A DNA stretch of 64,000 nt, taken from Batkoa obscura. Taxonomy: Eukaryota. This document shows positions 27,620 through 42,268 of the stretch, in pieces (the first letter of the stretch is position 1; every line of letters starts with the position of its first letter). The notes below the pieces were generated by a model, which saw only the letters and a program-made list of their open reading frames with translations, ran no database searches and had not been told where the DNA came from. The stretch is from positions 186,001 through 250,000 of the forward strand of contig JASVEC010000012.1 in assembly GCA_030770535.1 (NCBI GenBank), in the 5' to 3' direction. The translations under genes and the position numbers were made by a program.

Positions 27620-28449
27620 GCATGCTTTTGGAATAAAAGTTTAATGTCATATCTTTCTATTCTTATTTTAATTTAATTGTACTATAAATAAAAACACTTT
27701 TAAATTGTATACTGCTTGCTTTAAAGTCCTTAAATCTCCCCGCAGTTTTAGTAAATACTGGGAGTCAATTTCATACAATTGACCAACAACACATTCCTTA
27801 AAAAAAGTAATATGTGATATACAGGGACGTTTTTGTTCAAAGTTAGCACAAATTTCTCACTTTTTCGCTCCATAAAAAGTGAATAAATAAATGAAACAAA
27901 ATAACATCTTTATATTAATAGCTAGTTATAATATCTATATTACTAAATCACAAAACTAATTCCAATAACATTATTAATAAATATTAAGAGACATTGACTT
28001 CAACTTATACCTTTAAATTTCATCTTATTTTATTATTCTTTATTTTGTTTTGTTTTGTTAATTTTTTATGGCTAAATTTTAATACAAGTTTATTGTCACA
28101 TTGATTTAGCAATCAACAAGCTGCTTTTTACTTGTTCAGGGTTAGTCACCTTTCAATTTTTTATTAGTAATTTATCAGTCAACCAATATACTGTGTAAGA
28201 GTAAAAAGTATAAATCACGAACTTTTAAAGATGATTGTTCTTTTGGAGTTAACAGCAATATTTTATATTTGATTAAACCTAAAAGTATTCTCACTCACTA
28301 ATACATTGCTTACAATTTCTAATAAGAATGCTAGTGATGCGATATATTTACCATCTTATTAATTTAAGCACAATGATAGTAGATGATTAACCTAATAGGA
28401 GGGGAATAAATACTTACATGAGGATTTAATAATTTAAACAAAATAATAT

Positions 28450-28546
28450 GGTGATGTTTTTTATAGGTTCACTACTTTTTTCATTTTTTAAGCGCTATTG
28501 AGCGGAAAATATGTTAGTAAATCTTTTAAAGGAAAAAGGACATCCT
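28450..28546 (+). mobile_element. MITE family A degenerate copy
   Basis: ATAT-GGTGATGTTTT...TTAAGCGCTATTGAGCGGAAAA..GTTAGTAAA...ACATCCTT. Confidence 0.8.
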
Positions 28547-29456
28547 TATATGCTGTTTCAACTCCAATTAAATTATTCATTATAGAAAATAATTAATTAA
28601 GAAATTACTTTTGTTATTAGCCTTTTAACAAGCCCAATGGAGTAGTAATCACCTGACCTTGTTTATTAGTAAAACTTAGTTTTTGCAAGATGGATTTAAT
28701 TTTGTAAATGAATCATATTGATGTTAATTAAGAAATTTATTAGCTTTTAATATTAACTTGACCTTTATCTTTAATTCCTTGCTTTTGGAAATTTACTAGC
28801 ATATAAGCAATATAATAAAAGCAGTTGAAGTAGTGTTGTTATTTATTAATTAATAAATAAATTCAGACTATTTAAAAAAGTTTGAAAAAAGTCAAAATAT
28901 GATTTTCATAATTTAATTACATTATTATAATATTGGCTAAATAAATACTAAATTTAAATTTATATATATGAGGTGTGTGAAAGTTGATACTCGGTGGTAG
29001 GAGTTAAAAGCAGTTCTTGGTTGATTAACTTACCTTGAGTCGAACGGTCTTAGTTTATGTAACTAAGGTAGACTTAAATTAATAGTAATAATACGTAATA
29101 AGCTACGAACTATGCAAAACAGATAGAATAGACAATACTACTGTAAAATCTACCTAAGATATTGTCAGAAGGACTTAATGGCTTTATCAATGGTGCGATA
29201 TCAAGGAATAATTCAATTAAAAAGCATCGAGTTAGTATATTGAACAATCTCTTTTATACTCCAACTAGGTGGCTATATCTAAGGAACATGGCAACAATTG
29301 TTTCTTATTATCGTTATCAAGTATGTACATTAAAACGTGGACAATAAGTTCTTCGTGATCAGGTGGTAGCAATTCTTACAGCAAATATATATAAGGAACT
29401 GTGAATTGATTATTATATTATAATCAACCCTAGAGCTAATGAACCGATATTTCACA

Positions 29457-29550
29457 GGGGTGTTTTTTTTACTTGATTACTTTTTCCATTTTTTAAGCAC
29501 TATTTAGGCCAAAAAATTGTTAGTAAAATTATTAAACAAAAAAATAACAT
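29457..29550 (+). mobile_element. MITE family A degenerate copy
   Basis: GGGGTGTTTT...TTCCATTTTTTAAGCACTATTTAGG..TTGTTAGTAAAATT...ACAT. Right end eroded. Confidence 0.8.
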
Positions 29551-29753
29551 GGTAATATTTATATTATTTATTGTATAATTTTTAATTATTGATATCATTT
29601 TTGCCTACTTTACTTAAAAGCCAGATTATTTTTAAAGTGTAATTCAGTGATTGTAATTATAAATTATTATCGCAAAATAATAGTTAAACTAAATATATTT
29701 GGTATTAAATAAAATAAATTATAAATAATAGTTTAAAGTACTTTTTTATATAT

Positions 29754-29850
29754 AGAGGTGTTTTTTTTTGGTTTCATCACTTTCCATTTTTTAAGCGCTA
29801 TTTAAGTGGAAAAATTACTAGTAAAATTCTTAAACAAAAAATACATCCCC
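29754..29850 (+). mobile_element. MITE family A copy
   Basis: ATAT-AGAGGTGTTTT...ATACATCCCC-ATAT. Confidence 0.88.
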
Positions 29851-29981
29851 ATATGTTTTTAAAAAAAAATTTAATGCTTATTATATTAAAATTCTATTTA
29901 TAAAAGCTACTTATTAAATCAGTTTTATTATTTTGAGTAGAATTCAAATTCAAATTACACTTATTATTAAAAATGAGATAT

Positions 29982-30080
29982 GGGGGTGTTTTTTTTGGTT
30001 TGATTATTTTTTCCATTTTTTAAGCGCTATTTGAGTGGAAAGACTGTTAGTAAAATTTTTAAATAAAAAAATACATCCCC
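29982..30080 (+). mobile_element. MITE family A copy
   Basis: ATAT-GGGGGTGTTTT...ATACATCCCC-ATAT. Confidence 0.92.
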
Positions 30081-30231
30081 ATATGGATAAATCATACGAT
30101 TTTTATTATTTGGTGATAAATAGTATATTCACTCTTTTTTATTTCTTAAACGACTTTTAATTTTTAAAAAAAGAATTCTGAAAATTATTATGATTGTGAA
30201 GTTTTCTTGTTCCTTAAACATTTAAAGATAT

Positions 30232-30331
30232 GAAGATGTTTTTTTTTAGTTTCATTGCTTTTTCCATCTTTTAAGCAATATTTAAGCGGAAAGATTGTTA
30301 GTAAAATTCTTAAACAAAAAAATACATCCCC
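30232..30331 (+). mobile_element. MITE family A copy
   Basis: ATAT-GAAGATGTTTT...ATACATCCCC-ATAT. Confidence 0.88.
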
Positions 30332-30755
30332 ATATATTTAATCTATTTTACTATCAATTCGATTTGACTTAGGAACCTTTTTATAGAATCTTCAGGAAAT
30401 ATTTAATTACTAAATCTTTTAATCTCTATTTATCTTTATCATTAGATTTTATGAAGTATAGTTTCGAATTTCGTATATTTGTAATAGATGAACAATCTTT
30501 TATTGATAATACTATTAAAAGGATTATTATTTATCAATTAAATAATAATATAGAAAATTATAAGAATATAAACTATTTGTATTTTAGTTTTAAATATTTT
30601 CCTGGATATGTTTATAATATAATTAAATGATATGAAACATGATATTTTGATATAAATATTGTAAAAGATGATGCTAATTCACAATTAATTAACAAACAAT
30701 ATCCAGAAAAATGAAACTTATAAAGGATAGATTATAACTAAAATAATAATAATAA

Positions 30756-30786
<31 letters not shown>

Positions 30787-31121
30787 CTAATAATAAAACT
30801 AATAACATAATATTTAATAACTAAACAACCTCAATATTCACTTGATAAAACATGTTAAATCTTAACATACCAAATATAATTAAATTCACCGTTATATAAT
30901 AAGTTATTATTATTATTATTAAATCGTCACTTAATTAAATCATCTGCTTTAAAACCAATAAAATCTATTTTAAGAATATAATACTAAGTTTCATTTTGAA
31001 ATAATGCTCCTTTCTTTAGATGATGTCACCATCAAGTATAAAAACCTCATTTAAAGATTTTCAATAAAAAATTCAAATTCAAATAAAAAATTCAAGTTCA
31101 AATAAAAAATTCAAGTAAAAA

Positions 31122-32036
31122 ATGTCTGGTCAAGATCCTAATCAACAAGAACGTGGTTTATTCTCCAACCTCTATAATAAAGTAGCTGGTGTAAGTACTC
31201 AATCTACTACTTTTGACGGTAATTATGGTAATAACAACAATCAAAACCATAATAATAATAATCAAGGTTATCCACAACAAAATCAAAATCAAAATCAAAA
31301 TAATAATAATAATCAAGGTTATCCGCAACAAAATCAAAACAATAACCAAAATCAAGGTTATCCACAACAAAATCAAAATCAAGGTTATCCTCAAGGTCAA
31401 AACAATGGACCATATAATCCCAGTGCTGGTGCTAACCCACCTGCTGGACAACCTCAACCTCAATTTCCAGGTACCTGTGTCCCACCACCAAGTCATCAAG
31501 GAGGTGGTAACTGTGTAAATTATAATAGTATCATTGCTTTAAAGCATAATAATACTGGTAGATTTTTAAGCTCTATTAATCAAAATTATAATTCTGGTTC
31601 CAATCAACAACAAATTTATTGTAATCAATGGAATGTTAGTAATAATGAACGTTGGGAAGTATTACCTTCATTTCAAGGTGGAGGTAATGGACCAGTTCAA
31701 TATAATCAACGTATTAGATTAAGACATTGTGCTACTGGACGACAATTACATTCTCATGGTAATATTAATTCTCCTATTTCTCAATATCAAGAAGTTAGTG
31801 GTTATGGTAATCAAAATCAATCAGATAATAATGATGATTGGATATTAGAAAAATTTTCTTATAATGGGAATAAAGAAGGTGGTAATTGGAATGTCAATGA
31901 TGCTTTTTGTTTAAAACATGCTAATACTGGTCTTTATCTCTTTTCTCATGACCGTAATTTTAATAATGGTATTGAAGTTGCTTGTTATGGTAATGGTAAT
32001 GATGAAAATAACAAATGGCGTTTACAATTAGCTTAA
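31122..32036 (+). CDS. MIR-domain (beta-trefoil) protein with Q/N-rich low-complexity N-terminus
   Basis: Three MIR-like repeats (IALKHNNTGRFLSS; IRLRHCATGRQLHSH; FCLKHANTGLYLFSH), each ending in a N/E/D/K-W motif. Four QGYPQ repeats in the N-terminal part. No signal peptide. Confidence 0.85.
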   Translation: MSGQDPNQQERGLFSNLYNKVAGVSTQSTTFDGNYGNNNNQNHNNNNQGYPQQNQNQNQNNNNNQGYPQQNQNNNQNQGYPQQNQNQGYPQGQNNGPYNPSAGANPPAGQPQPQFPGTCVPPPSHQGGGNCVNYNSIIALKHNNTGRFLSSINQNYNSGSNQQQIYCNQWNVSNNERWEVLPSFQGGGNGPVQYNQRIRLRHCATGRQLHSHGNINSPISQYQEVSGYGNQNQSDNNDDWILEKFSYNGNKEGGNWNVNDAFCLKHANTGLYLFSHDRNFNNGIEVACYGNGNDENNKWRLQLA

Positions 32037-32340
32037 TTTTATATTAATGTTAATTGTTAATGTTATTTATATCAAGTATTATTTGTTTATCTTAAACTGT
32101 TTTATTATTGAAATAAAGATAAGTTTATATATAAAAAAGATTATGTTATTTTTAAAATATATATATACATATACATATATATATATATTAATATTATTTA
32201 TTTAGCAAGAATAAGAATACAGCTAATTAAATTTGAAATTACAAATAATGAGTGAAACTAAACAACATCAACATCAACATCAACATCAAATGAAGTATAG
32301 CATTATAACAATCCTAATATTATATTATTATTATTACAAC

Positions 32341-35037
<2,697 letters not shown>

Positions 35038-35582
35038 GATAATTTTTGGTTTGGAATTTATAAAAGGAGTCAAGATATAAATCTTTTTATTTTTTACGTT
35101 TTTTTAAAAAAAGTTGATTATTTAAAAATAAGTTGTTTTATTGGCTGGAGTTTTTAAAATTTATTATTAGAGTTGAAGTTGGAGAATGTATTGATGTGGT
35201 TTATAATAGTGAAGTAAGAAAAAAATAGAATTGATTTAATCAAGAATAAGCTTTTATGAATTAAATAAAGGGTCTATAATAAAATAATATAATTTTATGG
35301 TTGATTATATTAATATATTAGCATATTAACAATATTTAAATATTAAACACTACACGGTTAATTTAATTTATTTATTGCTATTAAAATCACTATTATTTTA
35401 TTAAACCCATTATTATTAGTAACACTCATCAAACTTAGTAAAAATAAGTATAAGGGATAATATTAGCATAATGAGTTAAAGCCAATATTAAAGTTAGTAC
35501 CAAGCTTAAAAATAAAAATAAAAATAAAAATCAATGAAATTAAATTTCTACTATACAACTATATTTATTTCAAAAAACATAT

Positions 35583-36345
35583 TTAAAATTTAGGAATATA
35601 TCCCAATCCATCACTTTTAAGTAACTCAAAAGTTTTGCATATCATTTCCAACCTTAAAAATTTATAAATCTCATTACTTTTCATTACTTTATTCTTCCAC
35701 CTATTACTAATCTCCATTACCCTTCCCAATACCTTACTCTTCATTTCAATACTATCCACAATACGTTTCTGGTATGTCTCTCCTCCACTCACCTTTTTAC
35801 CCTATAAAATCAAATCTACCAAGTTCTTTTTTATTAGGGACTGAAATTTTCAATACTGACATCATGCCAGGGGATAAAGCACTAGGTAAATCAATTTCTG
35901 GCATACGTAAAAACCCACGATCTTGTCGCATCACTTTATAATCATGACATAAAGCTAACATTATACCACCTGCAAATACATGCCCATTAATGGCTGCTAC
36001 AGTTGCAAAAGGAAGATTCAGTACTCTCAAACATAATTGATGATAGTAGTTTTCAAAGAAATCAGTAGTGCTTATTTTTCCTGACATTATCAATTCAAAA
36101 TCTAGACCATTGGAATAAATATGACCATTTCCTATGGTGACTAAGGCAGCACCAGTAAAAGGTTTGGATGTTTTGATATCTTCATGATGTAAATATCTCC
36201 TTGTTTTTGCACTTCAGCAATAACAGTGCCATTGTTGAGTACATAACTAACTTTACTTTGGTTATTGTATTTTGATATTATATTTTATGCTATATTATCT
36301 TGAAATGCTATAATTTATTTCTTTTTATACTGTTTTTCTGGATAT
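35583..36345 (-). pseudogene. Enoyl-CoA isomerase pseudogene, inverted paralog of 26741-27619
   Basis: Centre (~35850-36170) is nearly identical to the paralog. ~100-bp deletion near 36183, frameshift near 35820, diverged ends. 5' limit approximate. Confidence 0.88.
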
Positions 36346-37735
36346 TAAAAATATTGAAATTAAATAGATTTAATTTTTGAATAGATTTTATTCAATAATT
36401 CAAGAAAGTTATAATGTAGGATAAAAATTTTAAAAAGACTAGAAGTTATTATATTAGTGTCAGTGATTGTTATTAATTGTTTATAATCAAAATTTAAGTT
36501 TAATTGATATTGAATGTTTAATAAAGGAGATAATTGATAAAAGTAAAGTAAAATTGATGAGGGTTAGAAATTACATCTTATTTGATTTAAACTGATTGAT
36601 TATATAAAAATCAAATATTGAATAATAGTTTTTTTTAAGCCTTGAGCCACCTGAAAAGGCAAATGTCTTTATGAGTTAGAAATTAATAGGAATAAAGAAG
36701 TTAGGAGGTCATTGGGTATAGTGTCAACGCTTTCGGAGTTAGGTTCTAGTCATTTCATGGATAGATAAGTGATATTGACCCAAGCTATATTGAATGGAAT
36801 TATAAAATCATATTATTGTACTATCTATTGTAATTTTTATTTTTTTAAAAAGCTTTGATTTTATTTATTTTATTATAATAATGCAACAAACTATGAAAAT
36901 TACATCTTGACTTTTCTCGGAAACCTTCTTAAATAACTTAAACTTATTTACCGACTAACAAACAACAACACTGCTTCAACTGCTTCCACTGTGTTACCTA
37001 TGTGCTAGTGAGTTTACAAGAGTAAGGAATTAAAGACAAGAACCAAGTCGACGTTAAAAGCCAATGAACTCCCTAGTCAACATATGTATAGTTTCTCCCG
37101 CAAAGTCAAATACATCTTGGAAAAACTAGGTTTTGCTAATAGACAAGGTCAGCCAGTGTGTTACTTTGAGGGACTTTTTAAGAGGCTAATAATAAAGGTA
37201 ATTTTATAAAGAAGCAAAAAACTGTTCTTAATAAGAAATTAACTTTATTTAAAAATGTTTGAATTATGCATCTGAACCACAGCCTAAAGTACTAATAAGT
37301 TACAATTGTCTTCATCAGACAGTCATTAGCCTAGCGTCCTTGTATTAATCATCATAACACTCCTCTGGATTCACAAAAGCCTATGTCTCTGCGTCCCTTA
37401 TGTTATACAATAGCTCAATGTATTTAAACATACTTTGTTAATTCAGCTATAAGCAATTAAAGATTTTCCTATTTAAATCTTATATACAAGAGCATTATAA
37501 GATAAAATAGTTTTATCAATTTGTCGTTTTATACTTTTCCATTTACGCAATGTATTTGTTAGCCAATAAATTGCTAATAAAAAATTAAATGAGTGGCTAA
37601 TTTTGAACGAATAGAAAGCAGTTTATTGGTTGCTATGAAATCAATGAGACCATGAACTCCACGTTAATTTAGCTGAAAATAAAACTTCAAAAACTAATTT
37701 TTTAAAACAAACAAAACAAATAATAATAAAATAAG

Positions 37736-38127
37736 ATGGGATTTAATGGTATAATTTTAAGTCAAGGATTTTCCATATTTTTAAGTATCATTAGTGTACT
37801 TGGGGTTGTTTTTTTGGTAAGTTTATAAGGATTGATTATAGTCATTTAAAATACTAAATCATAATCCTTTTTTTTAAAACAAAATATAGTCCGTTGTTGG
37901 TCGATTACATGAAATTGGTTTCCCAGCGTTTACTGAAACTGTAAGTAGCTTCAATGATCCTAAAGCTGTTGCTCATTCTTGTTATGTCGCTGCTCTTATT
38001 TATGTTGGCGTTTTAATCTTTAGCGGTTTTCAAGTAAATGATTTTTGTTTATTAATCAAATAATTGCTAATCTGAAATTTAGGTTTTCCTTCACTCTCGT
38101 AAATCTCAAAATGCTTTGAGGTTATAA
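37736..38127 (+). CDS. V-ATPase V0 subunit f (RNASEK / yeast YPR170W-B family), 3 exons; absent from the ORF track
   Basis: Spliced translation MGFNGIILSQGFSIFLSIISVLGVVFL|SVVGRLHE..FNDPKAVAHSCYVAALIYVGVLIFSGFQ|VFLHSRKSQNALRL*. Two TM helices. AVAH..Y.AAL.Y....F.GFQV matches the fungal subunit f pattern. Confidence 0.85.
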
Positions 38128-38373
38128 ATCAAAGTTTTTTGCTTTAACTTTTTATTAAATAACTATATTTTTTATTATACTCTTTTTGTTTCATTATTAT
38201 CTTTTATAGATTATAGTAGGTTTTTAAATCTTGAACTTAATGGGTAAATATTTTGTTTAGTTAAACTGAGTTCAAGGAAAAGTAAAGGCAATTGAGCTGA
38301 ATCATGATGATCTAATATAAATGTAGAAAATAAAAAAGAAATCTCAATATAGAATTAGTCAAATATTAAAAGT

Positions 38374-39337
38374 TTATTCTTCAATTAGAAATTTATCCGA
38401 ACTAGATAAAACACCAAGTCTAAATAAATAAAAATTAATTCCAACTCAAATAAACAATTAAAGTTCTAGTCACCTTAACAGTACAGCTTCCGTATTTTGT
38501 AAATTAATATCCTTTGAATTAAATTCATCGATGAATCTTATTAAATTATGTTCCAATTGATTATTTCTATAAACTAATATACTTGGTAATACAATATCAT
38601 CAAATTTTGATGATGTTATACTTGCTTTAATTTCACAAAATTTAGCATAACCATACATTTTACTAAGTTGTACCAACACTTGATGTAACTGTTGACATTC
38701 TGAAATATGCTATTAAAAAAGAGATTAAATAAACAATAACAAAAATAAAATAAAACCCCTTACATTTTCATATAAATGTATAATGACTGGAACTTCTTTG
38801 TCAACATTGGAAATGTTATCATTGTAATTGAATAATTCTAATGTGAAAATTTGACCAAAGCTTTGTTTCATCTCTTTTTTTAAACTTTCAATCCTTTTTT
38901 GTTTATATAATTTAAAAAATTCTTCATCCTCAAGTTCTAAATCAAACTCATCAATTATGTTATTATTATTATTAATTGAATCAGCGTTGATATTGTTAGT
39001 TTGATTTAAACTTGAGCTCTCTTTTTGTTGTTGTATTTTTTTAAAATAACGATAATCGGCTATCACTCCTTTAGGTCCCGTCATATTCCCTTTTTCTCGA
39101 TAATTAATGTATTCTTGGACCTCCTAATTTTTTATTTAGTGATTTATTAAAAATATTAAAACTTACATCTTCTTTTCCAATTTGATTCTTTTTTTTGTTT
39201 TCAAATTCATCTAATTCATCGTAATCTTCTCTTTCTTCTTCCTTTTCATCCTCCCGTTGTCTCTCTTTTTCTTTATCATTTTCTCGATCTTCATCAATAA
39301 AATTTATTGTATTGATTATATTATCTAAATTGGACAT
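38374..39337 (-). CDS. Phosducin-like protein (PhLP1-type), 4 exons
   Basis: TGPKGVIADY motif, VIIHLYE, LPSILVYRN. An intron at ~39124-39166 joins the two track ORFs in frame. Confidence 0.88.
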
Positions 39338-40103
39338 TTGGAAATTTGAAAAATATAAGAAATGATTAAAGTTTTTATCAATTTTAAAATCTTGGCGATG
39401 TGACTTTAAAAGTTGGAATTTGAAATTTTAAAAGATTCCTAAAAATAATTGTAATTCAAGTATGAAAAAAACAAACGGGTTTTTATTTAATAGATATACC
39501 GAACCATAAAGTAATATAGAAGCAATAGTTAAACGACTCGGCCTTTGTCTCCTCTCTATCAACCTTAAATTGGTTGATGTTGTTAGATAAAATACTTGGA
39601 GGTCTTGTGACTCACCCAATACTATAGAAAACCATTAAGTAACATAAAACCCTACAATAGAAGTTTTTAATAGAAAATAAAGTTTATAGCTATACTATAA
39701 GACAATATAATACAACAAAGATGACAGTGAATTAATGAATGTTTAGATGCTTTGTAGTGAAGAACTTACGACAATGTAGACGAGATTACAAAAGATCCAA
39801 AACCACATTAGATTGTGATATTATAGATACTGCCAATAAAAGGATTAAAGTGTGGAAGCATAAGACTAACAACTAGCTATACAGTTATGATAGAAGTAAA
39901 AGATCCATTAATTTGCATATTATTTATAGTGTAACACTAACAATAATAATTATTCATAAAGGATTATATTAGAAATACTGACTTTATGATGTCCATACAA
40001 TATATAATTATGAAACAAATCGGTAAAACTCTAATAATTTTTCTAGAACAATTTTATTTAAATAGGATTAACAAAGGCAAACAAACTCATAGGCAGAGGT
40101 ATC

Positions 40104-40538
40104 TTAAGAGATTTGAATCTTACGTTGAGTTGAAGAAGTATCACGTGGGATAATAATTTCTAAGACACCATTATCGTACTTGGCCTTAACATCATCAGCG
40201 CGAGTGCCATGTGGTAAAGATAAAGTACGACTAAAGTTACCATAGCTACGTTCGCTATAAGTAGCATCTCCTTCTTTATGAGTTTCATCTCTCTTCTTAG
40301 TACCAGAGATAGTGATTTGACGTAAATTATCTGAGAAATCAACATGTAAATCTTCTTTCTTAAAGCCAGGTAATTCAGCATGGACAGTTACTTTATCTTC
40401 TTTACTATAGACATCAACTCTTGGTGAAAGGTCTTGAAAGTAGTTAGAGCCAGCATGTAATAATGGACTAAATAATCCATGATCACCACCAAATGAATGG
40501 AATAATGAGTTTTCTTGATTTGATCTTCTTAATGACAT
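40104..40538 (-). CDS. Small heat shock protein (HSP20 family) A, copy 1
   Basis: PRVDVY..AELPGFKKEDLHV..ERSYGNFSRTLSLP..KAKYDNGVLEI alpha-crystallin domain. Confidence 0.95.
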   Translation of the reverse strand: MSLRRSNQENSLFHSFGGDHGLFSPLLHAGSNYFQDLSPRVDVYSKEDKVTVHAELPGFKKEDLHVDFSDNLRQITISGTKKRDETHKEGDATYSERSYGNFSRTLSLPHGTRADDVKAKYDNGVLEIIIPRDTSSTQRKIQIS

Positions 40539-40794
40539 TTTACTTAATAATTGATTAAATTTTTATGTTGTTTATCTTTGATTTCTCATCTATTATATAC
40601 TTTTTCAAAAAACAATATTACTACATTATAGCAATATTATGTAACAATAATTTCATAATTTCTTTATATTACGTCACACACACTTGAAAAAAAGATCTAA
40701 AAGCAAATTATTATCCAATTATTCTGTATCTAAGAGTTTTCTCTTCTAGTCTTATTCGTCAATTTTAGAATTTGCAAAAAGTACTATAAAATTA

Positions 40795-40814
40795 GGAAAT
40801 TTCTAGCAATTTCG
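40795..40814. promoter_or_regulatory. Heat shock element in the bidirectional HSP20 promoter
   Basis: gGAAa tTTCt aGCAa tTTCg, alternating nGAAn units with one mismatch. A CRE-like TTACGTCA lies at 40669-40676. Mirrored at 51105-51124. Confidence 0.7.
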
Positions 40815-41060
40815 AAACTTTTGGACAAGAATATCAAATCAAATAGAAAAATCCTACCAAATTTGGAAGTATAAAGAAATAGTAAAATAAAACACTTTTG
40901 TTCTGGTTTATGCTATACATAATAAGTTTTATTTAGAAGACACTCGAAAACATTAGATTAGATGCTTAGAATTTGAATAAGCATTAAGGAAATAGATATA
41001 AATAAAATCAAATTGAAATTATTTTAAATAAAAATTTATATCAAATAATAACAATAAAAA

Positions 41061-41516
41061 ATGTCATTAAGTCGATTTTTAAGAAGTTCACTTCAACCAT
41101 TTGAACATCTACATCTATCACCGTTACAACATAGCTTTAGAAATGGAGGACCATTATTGAAGTTTAACAATAATTGGGAAGAATTTTTAAATCCAAGAGT
41201 AGAAGTGATTAAAAAGGACCAACAAACTATTGTTCAAGTCGAGTTAGCTGGTTTTAATAAAGAAGATATTCAAATCAATGTTTCTGAAGATCAACGTCAA
41301 TTAGTCCTTACTGGTGAATCTAAAAGAGATAAAACTCATAATGAAGGTGAGATCTCTTATAGTGAACGTGAATATGGTAGCTTTACTCGTAGTTTTACTC
41401 TTCCATCTGGTTCTAAGACTGAAGATATTAAAGCTAAATTTGATAATGGTTTATTACAAGTTATCATTCCAAAGGAAGAAACTAAGGAACAACAACGTCA
41501 AATTACTATTGATTAA
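41061..41516 (+). CDS. Small heat shock protein (HSP20 family) B, copy 1
   Basis: PRVEV..VELAGFNKEDIQI..EREYGSFTRSFTLP..KAKFDNGLLQV. Confidence 0.95.
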   Translation: MSLSRFLRSSLQPFEHLHLSPLQHSFRNGGPLLKFNNNWEEFLNPRVEVIKKDQQTIVQVELAGFNKEDIQINVSEDQRQLVLTGESKRDKTHNEGEISYSEREYGSFTRSFTLPSGSKTEDIKAKFDNGLLQVIIPKEETKEQQRQITID

Positions 41517-42268
41517 GTGAATTAAGCTATCTTTTTATTTGTATATAATTTACCTTATAAATTTATTTTTTTATTGTAAATAAAGTATTTAAAAATTGAT
41601 TTTATTTTTAGTATTTTGTAATAAAAATTATAGAATTTTAATTTTATCTTAAATATAAACAAATTACAAAGCAAAAATACTAGTGTAAAATCTATAAAAC
41701 ATCATATTGTTATTAATTATTTATAAAGTACAAAATAAATAATATTATAATAAAATATCTTTTAAAAACTTCAAATCAAATAAGTTTTTATTAAAGTTTT
41801 TCTAAGAACTAGTTTTAAGTATATTAAATTTATATTCAGAGTCATCATCTACATAAATCAATTAACACCCATATATTAAAACATATGTATCAAAGCATAT
41901 GAGTAAACTGTTAATGGAACAATTGCTCTACTAATCTAATTTATAAAACGCATTAATTAACTAACTATAAATAATAGTGAGCTAACCATTTAACTAGCAT
42001 ATAAAATAAATAATCAAAAAGACATATGACGTTCTCATCTGATTGAATTTAACTTTATATTTAGTAAAAGTTAACAATCATTCATTTCAAAATTATGGAT
42101 AATCTTCAGACTAATTTAGATCCATCAACGCTAACCACAATAATGACTTATAACATGAATTGATCATCGATTAAAAAAGTTTGACGTGTTACTATTAAAT
42201 ACTATATAAATAAATTAAGTAAAGGGCTAAAATTATTATTTTGTTCAAATAAAGAAAACATCAAAATA

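Larger units (their letters stand above)
40053..41593. repeat. Left arm of 1541-bp inverted duplication (divergent HSP20 cassette)
   Basis: Reverse complement of 50326-51866. Identical encoded proteins and no differences noticed by eye. Confidence 0.95.

Noticed and set aside
29457..30331. CRISPR-like array of repeats with unique spacers
   Set aside because: The repeats are ~98-bp TIR elements with TSDs dispersed across the window. Spacers are 130-200 bp and variable, the context is eukaryotic, and no cas genes are present.
31062..31116. 19-bp tandem repeat (about 3 copies) before the MIR gene ATG
   Set aside because: Real, but low-complexity slippage with no evidence of function.
39084..39104. 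Frameshift or stop splitting the phosducin-like gene
   Set aside because: A GTAAGT..TTAG intron at ~39124-39166 restores the frame.
40053..41593. RIP-type mutation of duplicated DNA
   Set aside because: The linked 1.5-kb duplication shows no visible C-to-T differences.
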